Below are positions 12,429-25,653 of a DNA stretch of 64,000 nucleotides, in pieces; position 1 is the stretch's first letter, and each line of letters begins with the position of its first letter. The position numbers and the translations under genes are program-made. Source of the stretch: Felis catus (lineage: Eukaryota); assembly GCF_018350175.1 (NCBI RefSeq), contig NC_058368.1:73968001-74032000 (forward strand). The letters are read 5' to 3'. The notes under the pieces were generated by a model that was not told where the DNA came from, made no database searches, and saw nothing but the letters and a program-made list of their open reading frames with translations.

Positions 12429-13992
12429 AGAAAGTTTGGCCCAGAAAGGGATTCATGGCTGAACTTAGCATCTCTGCAAGATTACCAAGTTCTGGACACG
12501 AATCTGTGGTTGATTCATCTGTCTTTCCACTGCAGTGAATTGCTTATATCAGGGTCTCAATTTATATTTGTTTACTGGATGAACGGATACGGCAACACTC
12601 ATAGGACATGAATTAGTACGTGTCCACAATGCACACATGAAAAGTGGAAATTAAAATATTACCCAATTAACTTGACTCATGTAGAAATTCTCTCTCGTAA
12701 TGAGATTTGAATACAGATTTCTTTGCACGTTATTACTCAGTTTATCTATTTTGAAAAAAAAACAATCATTGAACCTCTCAATTCTTGACCACTTTGTATA
12801 AAAATGTAGTAAGACGTGCCATTTATCCTCTCAATGAAAAACTACAGATCAAAATGGTGTGCCCTAATTAGAATTAGAGAGAAAAAAGAAAAACAAGAAA
12901 AATGACATGTATGGGATTTGGAGTTAAAAATCTGCAGTAGTACAATTAAGAACAACATAGTTTGGAAAGCATGGGTATATACATTCTTAAAGCTTAGCGA
13001 CAAGGAGTCATATTCAAGAGGGCGGCTTCTAGCATCTGAAATGTATCTTGGATCACGTAGAAGAGAGAAAAAAAGGTGCCATATCACTCTTGCCCAGTGG
13101 GACACGGTCCGTGAGACATACCCAGTCCATGCAATTTCTGGGGCTTCAAATTCCCAGAAGGAATCACGAACAGACCTCAAAGGGTTAACTCTAGTTTGGT
13201 CCGTAGTTTATTTCTAGTTTTGTTTTACACACTGTATCTACTTAGGCATAAAACCAAGTGCAATAAATTCCCCAGGTGCTGAATTTCCCTTAAATTACAT
13301 AAGCCTGTCCCTTCATCCAATATTATCTCTGAATCAATACAAACCTTTGACTTTCTACATTATTTCCCACTTCTGAAACTGTATCCAATTCATCACAAAG
13401 GACCACAAAGTAGATAAAAAGCAACAATTTAGGACAGGCTTGAAGAAGTTCTTCCTTATCAGCGTGCGGTGTAAAAGGTTTACAGTTCCTCGTTCAGGGA
13501 CGGATTCCAGCGAGGTAAGATGAGCTGTCACTTTCACCACCTCATGGATGGCCTGTGACCTGTGAAGTTAAACAGAGCAAAGTCCTTGTCAAATTCTGTC
13601 TTCTCTCCTAGCCTGTTCTCATGTGCTGTTCTCAGAGGTAATTTAAGAGCCTCCAAATTTGGAAAAGCCTCACCGTACAGAACAACATCACGGGGTCTAC
13701 TCTGTCTCTCAGGAAGCATCTTAGGAATTTGGTGTTCCTACCTGCTCATCAGGTCTGCAGTGGCCACACTGTCAGTCAATTCACACAGTCAAGATAAACA
13801 CGGGGAGCTAACCCCAGCTGAAGGCAAAGTACCTGTGGGAACCAGATGTCCTTCCTAAAACACATGAAGGGGAATTTTAATACAAAGTTACAGCGATAAG
13901 GAGGAGAGAGCCCCTGCTCATGCTCTATCAGCTATGCCTTGACTTTCAATGATTAGTCCTTCGCTGATGGGCCCTGAGTTTTTTCTAGGGAA

Positions 13993-14175
13993 AACTGTCC
14001 AATAGAACCTAATGCCGCACGGGTAATGTTCTCCATCTTTGCTGCCCGGTTCAGTAAGATGCCAGACACATGTGACGTTGAGCGCTAGAAATGTGACCAG
14101 TGTGACTGAGAAAACGAATTTTATATTTGATTTCATTTTATTTAAATTTAAGTATCCATATGTTTGGACAGTGCG
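13993..14175 (+). mobile_element. MER3 (hAT-Charlie non-autonomous DNA transposon)
   Basis: CTGTCCAATAGAAC...AAATGTGACCAGTGTGACTGAG...TTTAAATTTAA...TTGGACAGTGCG; terminal inverted CTGTCCAA/TTGGACAG. Confidence 0.85.
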
Positions 14176-14849
14176 ATTCTTGAGTTTAAAGGTCATTTAG
14201 TTTCATGGTTGTTTTACAACCAGTAGAAGCAACAGGAAGATGCTATTGAAAACATAGACACAATGTCATGGTGATGATTCTTGTCCACGCACTAGTGTAT
14301 TCTGTTTAGAAGACTCAGGGCTTCCAATTCAAGATGGTGGACTAATCCTGGCTGAGTTTGTCTTCCCCCACGTGTTATTTTCCCCCCTATTCTTCTCCAG
14401 AATCCACTCAAACGTAATGTAGAATTAGCCATGGGCGTAGACTTACAATAGCAGATATAGTGGGAAGGAGGACAGTGGTCCACAGAAGCTTTAGACTTGG
14501 GATCCACCAGCTATCAAAGAGAGGATGGATAGATGCAAAACAGAGGTTAATTTAACCCGTACCTAAGAAGTGGTTTCCCTGGGTAGACCCCTCACCAATT
14601 CCTTGGAGCAAAGGGATTGGCAATTCAGGGTTCACGTTGGACAAAATGCAGGGCGCTTTATGGCTCCCCCCCAAACTGGAGAGACTTCCTGAGAAGAAGC
14701 AGCATTGCTAGTGTGAGGTCAGCAGTCCAGATTAGAGCCTTCACTGAACTAGCTTTGGAGGGAGGTGGCCAGATACTGCCTGCTCCCAAGGTGCTCAGCC
14801 TGTTACCCTACTCACATCGACGGAGCCCCAGACCAGCCTCCATTCAAGG

Positions 14850-16330
14850 AGAAGCCCTGCAAGGAAATGCACCGAAATTCACAATAGAAGAGATGGAAAA
14901 TCAACAATTACCAACAAGCTGAGGACTGCCAGGATAAGAAAGACAAAGTGAGATAAACAAGACACATTCAGGAGGAAGCCAGGAAAATTTAGTGATGAAT
15001 CAATTTTTTTGATGTTATGATTATGATTTAAAAAAACCGCTCCTCAGAGAAATCAAATGTAAACTCTAAAGTATAAGTGCGGGATGTCATGAATAATGAA
15101 CAATCAAGGACACAAAAGATCTCCTGAAAATTAAAATTATGAGTGACAAAATAAAATACAATGTTAAGTAGGAAGGCTAGTGGCGATAATTGGGTAAAGG
15201 CCCCAGAAAATACAAGAAACAACTCAAGCAACACATAATATTAGAGAAAGATCAAAACATAAAAGAATAGTGTGGAAAGGCCATTCTCTGATAAAATAAC
15301 CATCCTAGAAAGAAAGACCAGAAATAAGCTTTGAGAAAAAAATTAAAGACATAAAAAAAAACCAAAAAACAAAAACTATTTCGTGGAGCTAAAGTATGGG
15401 CCAAATCTCTAAATTAATGTTATACCAATGTTGGAAGAATGAAAGAAACACAAAATATTACAAGAATGGCATGGTTCAAATAGGTTGTAAACAAACATGT
15501 TGCATGGATTTAATACCTGATAAATCATCAGCAAAAACCAAAAGCCAAAAAAAAAAACCATTGACTTCCAGACAGGGAACACACACTTCTGAATGGCTTC
15601 TGTGTCCTGACATTTGACCGAGGGGTGGGAAATATGTTGACCTCTGTCTAGCATGTCTCCTCTAGGAGTAATATTTACTAGAAAGTGTAAATACTCTGCT
15701 AGTTTTTTAACTTTTGTGCTTAACGTATAGTCAAAGCTGACAAATTAGCTATAATTTCAAGCCAGAATGAAAATATTATTAATCTCGATGATGTCGAAGT
15801 TTGTGGTTAAGAAGTTGGGAGTAGGGAGTTGGTAGAGATAAAGTTTCTATCAGTAACATTCTTGATACAGGTGAAGTACTCAAGTGTCCCCCCCTGCCCC
15901 CAGCAGAACAGTAAACAGCAGCATAAGTATATTATTTGATTTTATTAATGGAGTTACCAGAGATAAAATATTGCAATTTCGCTTTCAAAAACTGGAGAGA
16001 GAGAGAAAAAAATGACCGTGAAAAGGGTTATCAGCTGCATCCACAGCCTCTGTGCTCTGGACTCAGTAGATAATGCCTAAGTGGAAAGTGTGGTGTCTTG
16101 TTTACATTTAAGAAGATAATACCAGAAAGCACACACCAAAAACACCACTAAAAGTGGTTGGCGCTCAGGAGTACATCAGAACAAGAAGGAGTCAATGAGG
16201 TGGCTTGAGAGAGTGTTGCTGTTTATCATTCTTCTTCTCCTTTAGTTTTCCTTTTTAGCCATTACACATGTGACTTTGATTAAACTAAGAAAAGAAATTG
16301 GGATACACGCAGCTTTTAGAAGGCAGTAAG
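14850..16330 (+). mobile_element. Ancient HAL1/L1-ORF1-like LINE remnant
   Basis: Strong A skew on the + strand with decayed ORF1-like text (GATCTCCTGAAAATTAAAATTATG, CCTAGAAAGAAAGACCAGAAA); no intact frame. Confidence 0.55.
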
Positions 16331-16814
16331 CCTTATGCTTTTGATTCATGGCTTAAATCTTCTTAATGTCATAAAAGTTGAAGAATTTTACTAAAAGTAT
16401 TTCAAGTTCTAATAAGCTCAAAGGTATTCCCTTTTCAATGGGTATAAGGGCCCGTGCCTTAAAAAATATTTTAACCTAAAGATGACTTCTCACTTCACGG
16501 CGCAAACGCTTTGGTAAGAGATAAGGGACACGAGGAAACTTAACAGCTATCAAATTGGACCCCAAGAGGTCATCATTCGATCGTCTCACGCAACGTATCT
16601 TACACATGTTGACCTAAGGAGCCAATGACGGACTTCTGCCTTCAACTTTTCTCCAGGTTTTTGCTTCTAGCTGCTTGAACCACTGTGTTCAGCTCTGCCT
16701 ACCATTCCCATTGGCTGTCCCAATCCTGAGACCTTTGTTTGGTCTCCATCGGAGGCTGCAGAGCACACATTTACCGCATGACTGCAGGACAAGCTCTTTT
16801 CACATGTATCAGAG

Positions 16815-17005
16815 GTACCATTAATAATGTCTATAGACATTATTCGACACCTAGTAGGTATGACTTGCTTTATTTATGTGTTATCACTATTAGGTACTAC
16901 TAATCTGATCGATGGGTTGAAGAAGCAGAGTCTCTGAATGCTCACGTCTTTTTCTTGAAAGTCACGTAATTGATCAGAGGCAGGGTTGGGATTTGATGAT
17001 AGGAA
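16815..17005 (-). mobile_element. MIR fragment
   Basis: AGGTACTACT...GAAGAAGCAGAGTCTCTGAA...AAAGTCAC...CAGAGGCAGGGTTGGGATTTGA matches a reverse MIR. Confidence 0.55.
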
Positions 17006-18077
17006 TCCTGCCTCTAGTATATCAGAGCTCCCCTTTTGGGTGTTTCCGAGGTTCTATGTGTACGGATGGTTGCATTTGCTTTGTGTTGGCCATCATGTTG
17101 GCGAGGGAGGATGGAATATTTGCAACTTTTGCATCTTTCAGGTGCAAGGTCAGGATTATGTTGGAAGATGGAACCAGTTCATGTTACGAAGACCAAGCCA
17201 TTCACGCTTGCACTTTCATGGAGGTGTGCAGTTTGATGCACTGGAAATTCATAACTTTGAGACGTGTAGGTCTCTCCCTATGGCTTTGAAGAGGCCACTT
17301 AACATCTCTGAACCACAACGTCCTGACCTTGGAGATGGGAATCAAAGGCCAGCATGTGAGTCGCCACAGATCATGGCTACCAAATGCCTGTCATTCCTGG
17401 ACCTCCCTCCATTCTTGCCTACACTCCGCCCTACCTCCCCTACTGAGTTCCTCTTGTCTTTTACAAGTGAAATGTCGATTTCTCCCACAGCTAATATGAG
17501 GTCCACCTTGAGCTATTCTGCTTCGAATTACTTCCCTTCCTTTCTGTCCAGGTTCCTGTGTAGTTAAAATAGCTCTAGCTTGCTTTTCCCTTATTGTTTC
17601 TTCTATCCTGCAGCATGTGGAGAAGGCTGAATTGAGCCTGTGTAGCCCAAGAAAAGTCCAGGCTGGCTCAAGTCCTCCTCCCCTTCAGCTCCCCTCTCTA
17701 AGACAGGTCTGCCTGTTCTGTCACCCTGGCAGCCTGCGAGGACATGAGCAAGTGCCTCTGGACCCTAATGCCATCTTTCTGCTTATCACCTGATAGCGCC
17801 GGCTGCCCCATCGCTCTTCTTATCTTTTCCCTTCTAGTGAGCAGACACTTGGTAACCTTGACAGTGAGTGTCTCGTGGTATTAGCCATCCTGAGCGCGTT
17901 CTCCAGCTTCTGCAAGGCGGCTCTGCTGAGAAATTAAACAAGCCTGCCTCCAAATCAACATGGCAAGATTAAACCAGGAAATGTTGGGCGTTGGATTCCT
18001 TTTAACAATACACAGCAAGTGCTACCTTTCAGGAAGCCAGTAGCTTTTTTCCAGGTAGAATTTTTCATGCTGCATTT

Positions 18078-18100
18078 TTTTAATGTCCACTCATTTTTGA

Positions 18101-18131
<31 letters not shown>

Positions 18132-18289
18132 GCGGAGGGGCAGAGGGAGAGGAAGACACAGAATCTGAAGCAAGCTCCAGTCTCCGAGCTGTCAGCACAG
18201 AGCCCGATGCGGGGCTCGAACCCACAAACTGTGAGATCATGACCTGAGCCAAAGTCAGATATTCAACGCACTGAGCCAACCAGGTGCCC
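18078..18289 (-). mobile_element. Can-SINE
   Basis: Full reverse SINE; TSD-like TGCTG(C/A)ATTT. Confidence 0.95.
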
Positions 18290-18589
18290 TGTGCTGAATT
18301 TAACATATTTGGAAAGTTGGAATATTGAATCATGGTGGTATTTCATGAATGGCAACATCTGACAATGGGTGAATTTAAAGATTATTTCAGAAGGACTTGT
18401 AACATTTCTTGTACCAACATGGTCGTAGGGAGACGTGAGTATCTGTGTGGGGAGCAGTATATCTTTAGTGAACTTGGGCAACCAATGGAGGAAGAATAAT
18501 AGTAACCAAGTCCAGACTCCACCCACAAAACTTTTCCCAAGCAGAAGCACCAGAGAGGGTATTGGAGCAGTCCCCGCTCTTTCATAATT

Positions 18590-19400
18590 CACCATATTCT
18601 TACTAACTTCCTGTCGTGTGCTGGGCATTCTTCTAGGCGGTGGGAAACATCAGTGAACAAAACAGATAAACTCCCTGCACTCACATTCGGGAGGTCACGA
18701 GTGAGCAAGCAAACAATATATGATGGAGAGTGGTAACCGCTGTGAAGAAAAGTGAGAGAGTCTCTCAGTTTCCCAGGGCTGGTGTAACAAATTACCACAA
18801 ACGGGGTGGCTTAAGACAACACGGATTTATTCTCCACTGGCTCCAGAGACTAGAAGTCCAAACTCGAGGTGTGGGTGGGCCGTGCTCCCTCTGAAGGTTC
18901 TGGAGTAGAATTCTTCCTTGCTCCTTCCAATGTCTATGGCTCCAGGCGCTCCTTGGCTGGTGGCTGTATTACTCGGTTCCCAGCTTCTATCTTCACATGG
19001 CCTTCTAAATCCCACCTGCAAAGGCCCCTTTCCCAACAAGTTCTCATTCACAGGTCCTGGGACACAGATATATTGCAGGGACCACCATTCAACCCCCTAT
19101 GGCAGGGAGGTGAGGGGGGCAAGGAGGCTTTTAAACATGGTGACCAGGAGAGGCCTTTCTGAAGAGCTGTCACATGAGCAGAGACATTAGTTGAGGGACC
19201 AAATCCTACATCGATTTGAGGAAAGAGCATTCTGTTGGAAAGGGACTGTGAGTGCATATGGCATACAATGGAAATGAACCTGGCTTAAAGGGTAAAGTAG
19301 AGTCAGTGAGGAGAAAAACAGAAGGAGATGAGGTGGGACAAGTACCCAGTGGCCAGAGCCCGCAGATGTGGCAGCTGTTGTGTGTGGCCAGGTTCTGGAA
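18590..19400 (-). mobile_element. L2 3' region, interrupted by an MLT1 LTR
   Basis: GTGCTGGGCATTCTTCTAGG...CAGTGAACAAAACAGA resumes after the LTR as GGCCTTTCTGAAGAG...GAGCAGAGAC...GGAAAGAGCATTC. Confidence 0.75.
18760..19101 (-). mobile_element. MLT1 (MaLR) solo LTR, MLT1B/C-like
   Basis: GGGCTGGTGTAACAAATTACCACAAAC...GGCTTAAGACAAC...TAGAAGTCCAA...CCCTCTGAAGG...ACCATTCAACCC. Confidence 0.88.
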
Positions 19401-20390
19401 GGTTAGGAGAACAGCACATGTGCTCATAATTCAGTGCTCACGGTCAGTCTCTGGTGCTATTTTCTGATTGTCCCAGATCACTGCCTTGGTGTTTTCTGAC
19501 AACGAGAGATGCTCAGCACTGTGTTACTGCTCCGGCTCCTGGCTTCAGGGATGTCCCCTGTGCCTTGTATCCACCCTTCCCCCCCGTGTCTCCAGTGCCC
19601 ATTAGTTTTGTTATGGGATGGAGCAGGACACTCCCCTCTTCCCTCTTCCCCATCTGTCCCCTCCAGGTAACCCATGCTGGCTACCATCCAGGATGCTCAC
19701 CAACCTGCTTCCAGCTTTCTAAAATCTTTCATCATTTTAGTGTTACATTATCTTTCCTTCTTGAGCGCAGTTGGGCGTTTTCAGGAGAAGCCTATTCATT
19801 TTTCATAGATTTTCAATCTTGTTTGTAACTACAGATCATGGAGAAAGGCAGTGCTCGCGTTCGAGTCTTGCTGGCTGATTTTCATGGTTTCTTAGCTCAG
19901 ATACCCCTTCCATCATTTATCTGCAACTCCCACCTGCAATCAGCGCTGAGCGTCCGGCGGGGAGAGTGGCATCACTTCCTTCAAGGTAGTGGAGGACTTC
20001 AAAGACCGAGGTTGTCCGCTTGGTCTCGTGGGAGGGCAGGGGTTCAAAAGACCGTCGAGACCACACAATTGTTTACCTGCCTCCTGCTGCAGGGTTAACA
20101 CCGAGGATGCCCCTCTGGTGAAGGCGAATGGGGGTCGCACTGCCATTCATCACCCCCAGGCCTCCCCTGAGCATAGAAGGAAGAGATGAGAAAATGTAAT
20201 AATACCCAACACATGTTGGAGATAGTAAGTGGAGCTGCTCTGATTTTGTAGTTTCAAGATGTTTCTACCATCCTAATTAAAACCACTCTGGATATTAGAT
20301 TAAATTGAAGTAAGTAACTGGAGTAAATTTATTTTATGTTTTTATAATCAATTATATGTAGTAAGAAGTGAATCAACCCCTTGTCCCCCC

Positions 20391-20391
<1 letters not shown>

Positions 20392-20434
<43 letters not shown>
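20392..20434. repeat. (CA)n microsatellite
   Basis: About 21 uninterrupted CA units. Confidence 0.98.
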
Positions 20435-20439
<5 letters not shown>

Positions 20440-21140
20440 TCTTTTGACTTGGAACCTGACCTAATTCCTATCACCCAGTAGAAGTAAATAATTTCTTTTC
20501 ATACTGGCACTTAGTTTTCCTTTCCTCTGAGAGTGCGGTAAAAAAGATAATAATCATGAAACCCTTCTGAGGCTTCAATGGAAGGCAATAAAACAAGTTT
20601 TCCTTTAAAGCAGTATAGAATATTATCGAGGAGAAGGTGTTCAAAGGTGAGTTTATAAGAGAAAAAAAAATACTCTCAGTAATGACTGCCGTGACCTTTG
20701 GACACATTTGGTGAAAACGTACCTGGCTGGCTGGTGTGTGGCCGGCAGAAATACGTCTCTTCTGGGCCCCGGGATTTTGATGGAGCCCTTCAGCTGTGAT
20801 CTCTGCTTATGATGCCACAATCAAGCTGTGTCCTGCCTCTGCCCATTGTTCTACTGGAAGAAAGGGTTTGGCACATCAGCTCAACTGCAGGTCATGGGTG
20901 AATCATCCTGAAACTTTCCTGTAGCCACTCAGGCAGGGCATCCTTTGGAAACCGTGTCGTGTCATTTTTAAAGTGGTTCTGTGCAAGCGGAAGACAATCG
21001 AACAGGGCACCTGATGCAGACAACTGTTCTCCAGATCATTTTCTTGCTTTGTCCCAAGAAAAAGAGAATGCAACTCATACCCTTATGGAAACAAAAATGG
21101 GGACCTTTTGCGTAACCCTGCACAAGATCGTAGCAGAGCA

Positions 21141-21390
21141 GGGGCCCCTGGATGGCTCAGCGGGAGCATCCAGCTTCGGCTCAGGTCATGATCTCGCGGT
21201 TTATGGGTTCGAGCCCCACGTCGGTCTCTGTGCTGACAGCTCAGAGCCTGGAGCCTGCTTCGGATTCTGTGTCTCCGTCTCTCTGTGCTCCTTCCCTGCT
21301 TGTGCTCTGTCTCTGTCTCTGTCTTTGTCTCTCTCTGTCTCTCTGTCTCTCTCAAAAATAAATAAATGTTAAAAAGAAATTTAAAAAAAA
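21141..21390 (+). mobile_element. Can-SINE
   Basis: GGGGCCCCTGGATGGCTCAG...(CTCTGT)n...AATAAATAAA; GCAGAGCA on both flanks. Confidence 0.95.
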
Positions 21391-21836
21391 ACATGGCAGA
21401 GCAAATTGTAGCCCTTGGTAATTTGGAGACAGCAATGTCCTGCCCACCGGCCCCTCCTCCCACCCCGTCCCCATCACCTCCACTGCCTGCATAATTGGGA
21501 AGTGATGTGGATCTCAGCTAGCTGGGTAACATTCTCATGGATGGGGCAGCAGGGGAAAGGACTTGAAAGTTGGCATATTATTCTGTGGTAGAATTGAACA
21601 AGTCAAAGCATTAATTGGAAGGAAAAATAACGGTTGTTTTCCTGAAGGGCCACATGCAGTTATATTATTGGGTCCTTCTTATATGAAAAGGCATCATTGT
21701 TAAAACAGAGTAAAGCAAATCAAAACAAAAGAACAACACCAAAAAGAACACAAGCTTTATGCAACTGACGTTATTATAATTTTTCTTTTAATTTTTGAAA
21801 CATGTTGTATATTTAAAAATACAAAAGTGCATTTAC

Positions 21837-22077
21837 GGGCGCCTGGGTGGCGCAGTCGGTTAAGCGTCCGACTTCAGCCAGGTCACGATCTCGCGGTCCG
21901 TGAGTTCGAGCCCCGCGTCAGGCTCCGGGCTGATGGCTCAGAGCCTGGAGCCTGTTTCTGATTCTGTGTCTCCCTCTCTCTCTGCCCCTCCCCCGTTCAT
22001 GCTCTGTCTCTCTCTGTCCCAAAAATAAATAAACGTTGAAAAAAAAAATTAAAAAAAATGCATTATTTAAAAAAAAA
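21837..22077 (+). mobile_element. Can-SINE, youngest-looking subfamily
   Basis: GGCGCAGTCGGTTAAGCGTCCGACTTCAGCCAGGTC; perfect TSD AAAAGTGCATTTAC at 21823-21836 and 22078-22091. Confidence 0.97.
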
Positions 22078-23669
22078 AAAAGTGCATTTACAAATGAGAA
22101 GCCATAGGTTGGTAAACATCATTTTGCAGGTTTCTTTGCAAGGACTAAAAAGGTTACTGAGAATACCAAAATCATTACTGACTGCTGGAAAGCTTGCCAT
22201 AAAGGCTGGTCTGAAAGGCTTGTGACTGTTTCCATCTGTTCAGGGAACACTTGAGCAGAGCTTGAGAACCTTGGCAGTGGTAGGAATTTACCTGTGATGA
22301 CACGGTCTTCTGTTTAACTTGAACTGTGCTGTTAGGGAACCACAGGAAAAAAAAAAAAGATTTTCATAAATATTTAATAGAACTTTTTCCGGTTGAGATA
22401 CCCAAACACACATGACAGTTGGCCATTAAAAATCTATTTTCAATTCTATCTGGGACTCAACTGAACCATGGGGTAGACTTTGGTCTGATGTACACGGTAA
22501 CACTGAGATGGGAAATTTGAAGTGATAATGGGGACATGGGGTTTTGAGCTGGAAACTTTTAGGCCCCGGTGATTTACTGGCGTATTCTTTAAAAACACCG
22601 ATGGAGAGAAAATGAAAATGTGTTCTAAGTGTGTAATTGCTGAGAAGGGGCAAGCCATCTTGGAAAGATTGCCGCTTCTGTGCTCAGGTGCCATTATCTT
22701 GCGAACCTGAATAGGCCACAGTTTGGACTTTTGTTTTCATACTTTAATTGCATGGTTTTTGCAGCTGCGAGACAATATTTCAATCGCATGTTGTTCTTAT
22801 TTGGCAATACACTAAGGATGAGTAACTTAAGTAAGCGAGCTTTAGCTTCCTCTGGAAACCGTCTCTTGCCTTGCCTCCTCTCTTTTTCCGGGCATGAACA
22901 GAAATCAAAGATCCAGACACGTTGCCTAGCAGAGAAGCTTGCTTAGGAAGGAGGCCAAATTGAGAAGTGTCTTCCCCCGACTTTCTCCAGTACTAGATTA
23001 ATAGATAATGTGGCAGCAAAATATCAAGTAAGATTTGCCAAGTTCTGTCAATGCTGTAATAATTCATTTTGAATAATTGGAAATTTGCAAACATGACCAC
23101 GGGACTTTAAATGAAGGCTCTCTGGGGAAATATACCCAGAGAGGGAAAAGGTTTTACCTTGCTATGATCAATGACCGTTCCATTTCTTAATAACGAAACG
23201 CGATTTCTCTTTCCCATAACTTTTGACTCAGGAAAAGATGTTTGCTTCTCAAAAAATGACATTTTTTTTTAAGGAAAAATGCAATAAATTAGCATTGCAC
23301 AAATATTGAATTGCGGTCAGAGCCACTGGTGTTGGAGTTAACGTTTCTGGAACACTTTGAGGTCATTGCTTGTAAACTCATTCTTTTGGTAGGAAATAAA
23401 AGGACTGAAAAAGACTAACTTTTATAAGTGTGTGTTACTTAAGTGAATATTGTACGTGGAAACCTGACAAGAAGAAAAATCCGAACAAACTGTGCGCTCA
23501 GTCCCACAGAGGGAGTAGTCTTCTGTTGTTTCGAGTGATGGATGGGGGTTTCAGTGCCTTTGCATGTAAGTCAAACGGCTGTCATGCCAATGTGACGTTG
23601 AAGATGATCAATGAGATGACGCTAGAAGCTGTCTAACGAACATCATTGCCCAATAGGCATCATTGTTGT

Positions 23670-24180
23670 CCTAGTCCAGCGAATCAGTTGGTGAATTGTT
23701 GCAGATCAAACTTGAATTAGCTCAGGTGGAAATGAAGAGGGGTGGGCTAATTGGATTGCTGCAAGTATGGTGGAAGGCCAGGAAGATTCTCTTCTCTCTC
23801 TCCTTTGGCTGCTTTCTGCATGCTAGCCTGTTTTCTGACTGGGCCTCCTCAGCACTGAATAGAAGCGGGGATACTTGACATTGCCTAATTCTGTCACCAG
23901 ACAGAATAGGGCTCCTAATTTTTGTTTCCAAGTTCAAAAGCCATAGGGAAGGGTTGACTGACTGAGATTGTGTCGATGGGTGTCTCTGAAGCCATCAAGT
24001 CTCACCAGGGAGATGGGTTCTGTTATCATCCCAGAAAGGCCCGAGGCTTGTCCCGAGATCAGTCGAGCTGGCCAGGGAGGAGGAGATCTTTGGAATGCAA
24101 TTCCCAAGCAAAAGGCATGGTTGAGGACGGGGGAAAGATATGGCCCAGTAGAAGGGAGGGCAGTCCTGAGCAGATGAAAA
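23670..24180. mobile_element. Old MLT1-type (J/K/L-like) LTR remnant
   Basis: GTTGCAGATCAAACTTGAATTAGCT start; CATAGGGAAGGGTTGACTGACTGAG...CCAGGGAGATGGG...AATTCCCAA resembles degenerate MLT1. Confidence 0.45.
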
Positions 24181-24332
24181 TAGTAGGCATTTACTGCTTT
24201 CAGTTAATATGTGCTCAGCATGTTCTCTGAAACTAAAATTAATTAGACTTAATTTTGATGCAGGCTTTATCTCCCTTACATGCAAAGGTCTTTTTTTTTT
24301 TTTCACGGAAGAATATTGTTCAGTGGTAATAT

Positions 24333-24540
24333 ACTTGTTTAGTGTATTTATTTCTTTTGAGAGAGAGAGTGAGAGTCAGGGAGGGGCAGAGAGAGAGAGA
24401 GGGAGAGAGAGAATCCCAAACAGGCTCCACACTGTCAGCACAGAGTCCGACTCAGGGCTCAGTCTCATGAACTGCGAGATCATGACCTGAGCTGAAATCA
24501 AGAGTCGGATGCTCAATTGAACGAGCCACCCGGGTGCCCC
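24333..24540 (-). mobile_element. Can-SINE
   Basis: TSD CAGTGGTAATAT at 24321-24332 and 24541-24552. Confidence 0.96.
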
Positions 24541-25038
24541 CAGTGGTAATATTTTTTTAAAATTAGGAATCTAAACCATGGAAAGAATTAAGAAAAGACC
24601 ATCCTAGAGTCTCAAAATGAAAGAAAGAAACCCTTAAAGGATATAAATGAATTACAAGTAAGACATAGTCAAATAGCAAATATAAATTCCCTCCTCTCAC
24701 AACACCTCCGTGGTCTGGGCTTCAGTTACCGTAGGGGAGCTCTGGGGTACTAAGTGTCCTGTTAGCAGCATGGGGGAGCTGTTATTTACAGGTGGTTTGG
24801 TGCTCTCGGCTGTTATCTTGCTTCTGGCGCTGATAGACTGGAACTGTTTCAACCATATGACCAAGAATGAATAGTAATGGCTGTTTTGGAGTCAGAAAAG
24901 ATGGGACAGATTTTACAATATCTCAGAATGATGTTATTGATAACGTAGTTGTGGAAGGAAAAGTTGAAGGTGGTTGTTTAATGAAACACATTTGATGACG
25001 CAGAACATGCTACATTTTTGTTAGTTAAGAACACTCAT

Positions 25039-25259
25039 GGGGCGCCTGGGTGGCTCAGTCAGTTGGGCGTCTGACTTCGGCTCAGGTCACAATCTCACGG
25101 TCCATGGGTTCGAGCCCCGCGTCTGGCTCTGGGCTGATGGCTCAGACCCTGGAGCCTGCTTCCGATTCTGTGTCTCCCTCTCTCTCTGCCCCTCCTCCGT
25201 TCATGCTCTGTCTCTCTCTGTCTCAAAAATGAATAAATGCTAAAAAAAAAATTAAAAAA
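25039..25259 (+). mobile_element. Can-SINE
   Basis: TSD AAGAACA(C/T)TCAT at 25027-25038 and 25260-25271. Confidence 0.96.
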
Positions 25260-25287
25260 AAGAACATTCATGATCATACTACTTATT

Positions 25288-25462
25288 TTTTTTTAAGTTT
25301 AGTTTGAGAGAGAGAGAAAGAGAGAGAGAGAGAGCACATAAGCAGGGGAGAGGCAAAGAGGGAGAGATAGAATCCCAAGCAGGCTCCACACAGAGCCCAA
25401 CTGAGAGCTCGATCTCACAAACCATGAGATCATGACCTGAGCCAAGATCAAGAGTCAGAAGC
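25288..25462 (-). mobile_element. 5'-truncated Can-SINE
   Basis: Lacks the A-box head; flanks TGATCATACTACTT and TGATCATGCCACTT. Confidence 0.9.
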
Positions 25463-25653
25463 CTGATCATGCCACTTCTTAATAGAGAATAAAAATGTTT
25501 TTTCAATGTTGCTTCAAGTGTGGACTTAAAACATAAAACTGAAAAGACTTTTTTTTGACAAAAGTCTTATGGGTTGTTTGTGTGTTTCTTTGGTCCCAAA
25601 TAAGCATCGCTTTTAATAGATCCTTACTTTTTCATTAGAAACATGGTTAAATA

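Noticed and set aside
16986..17567. Longest ORF in the track (193 aa)
   Set aside because: Non-ATG start, overlaps MIR-derived sequence, no recognisable domain and no promoter or CpG island; consistent with chance
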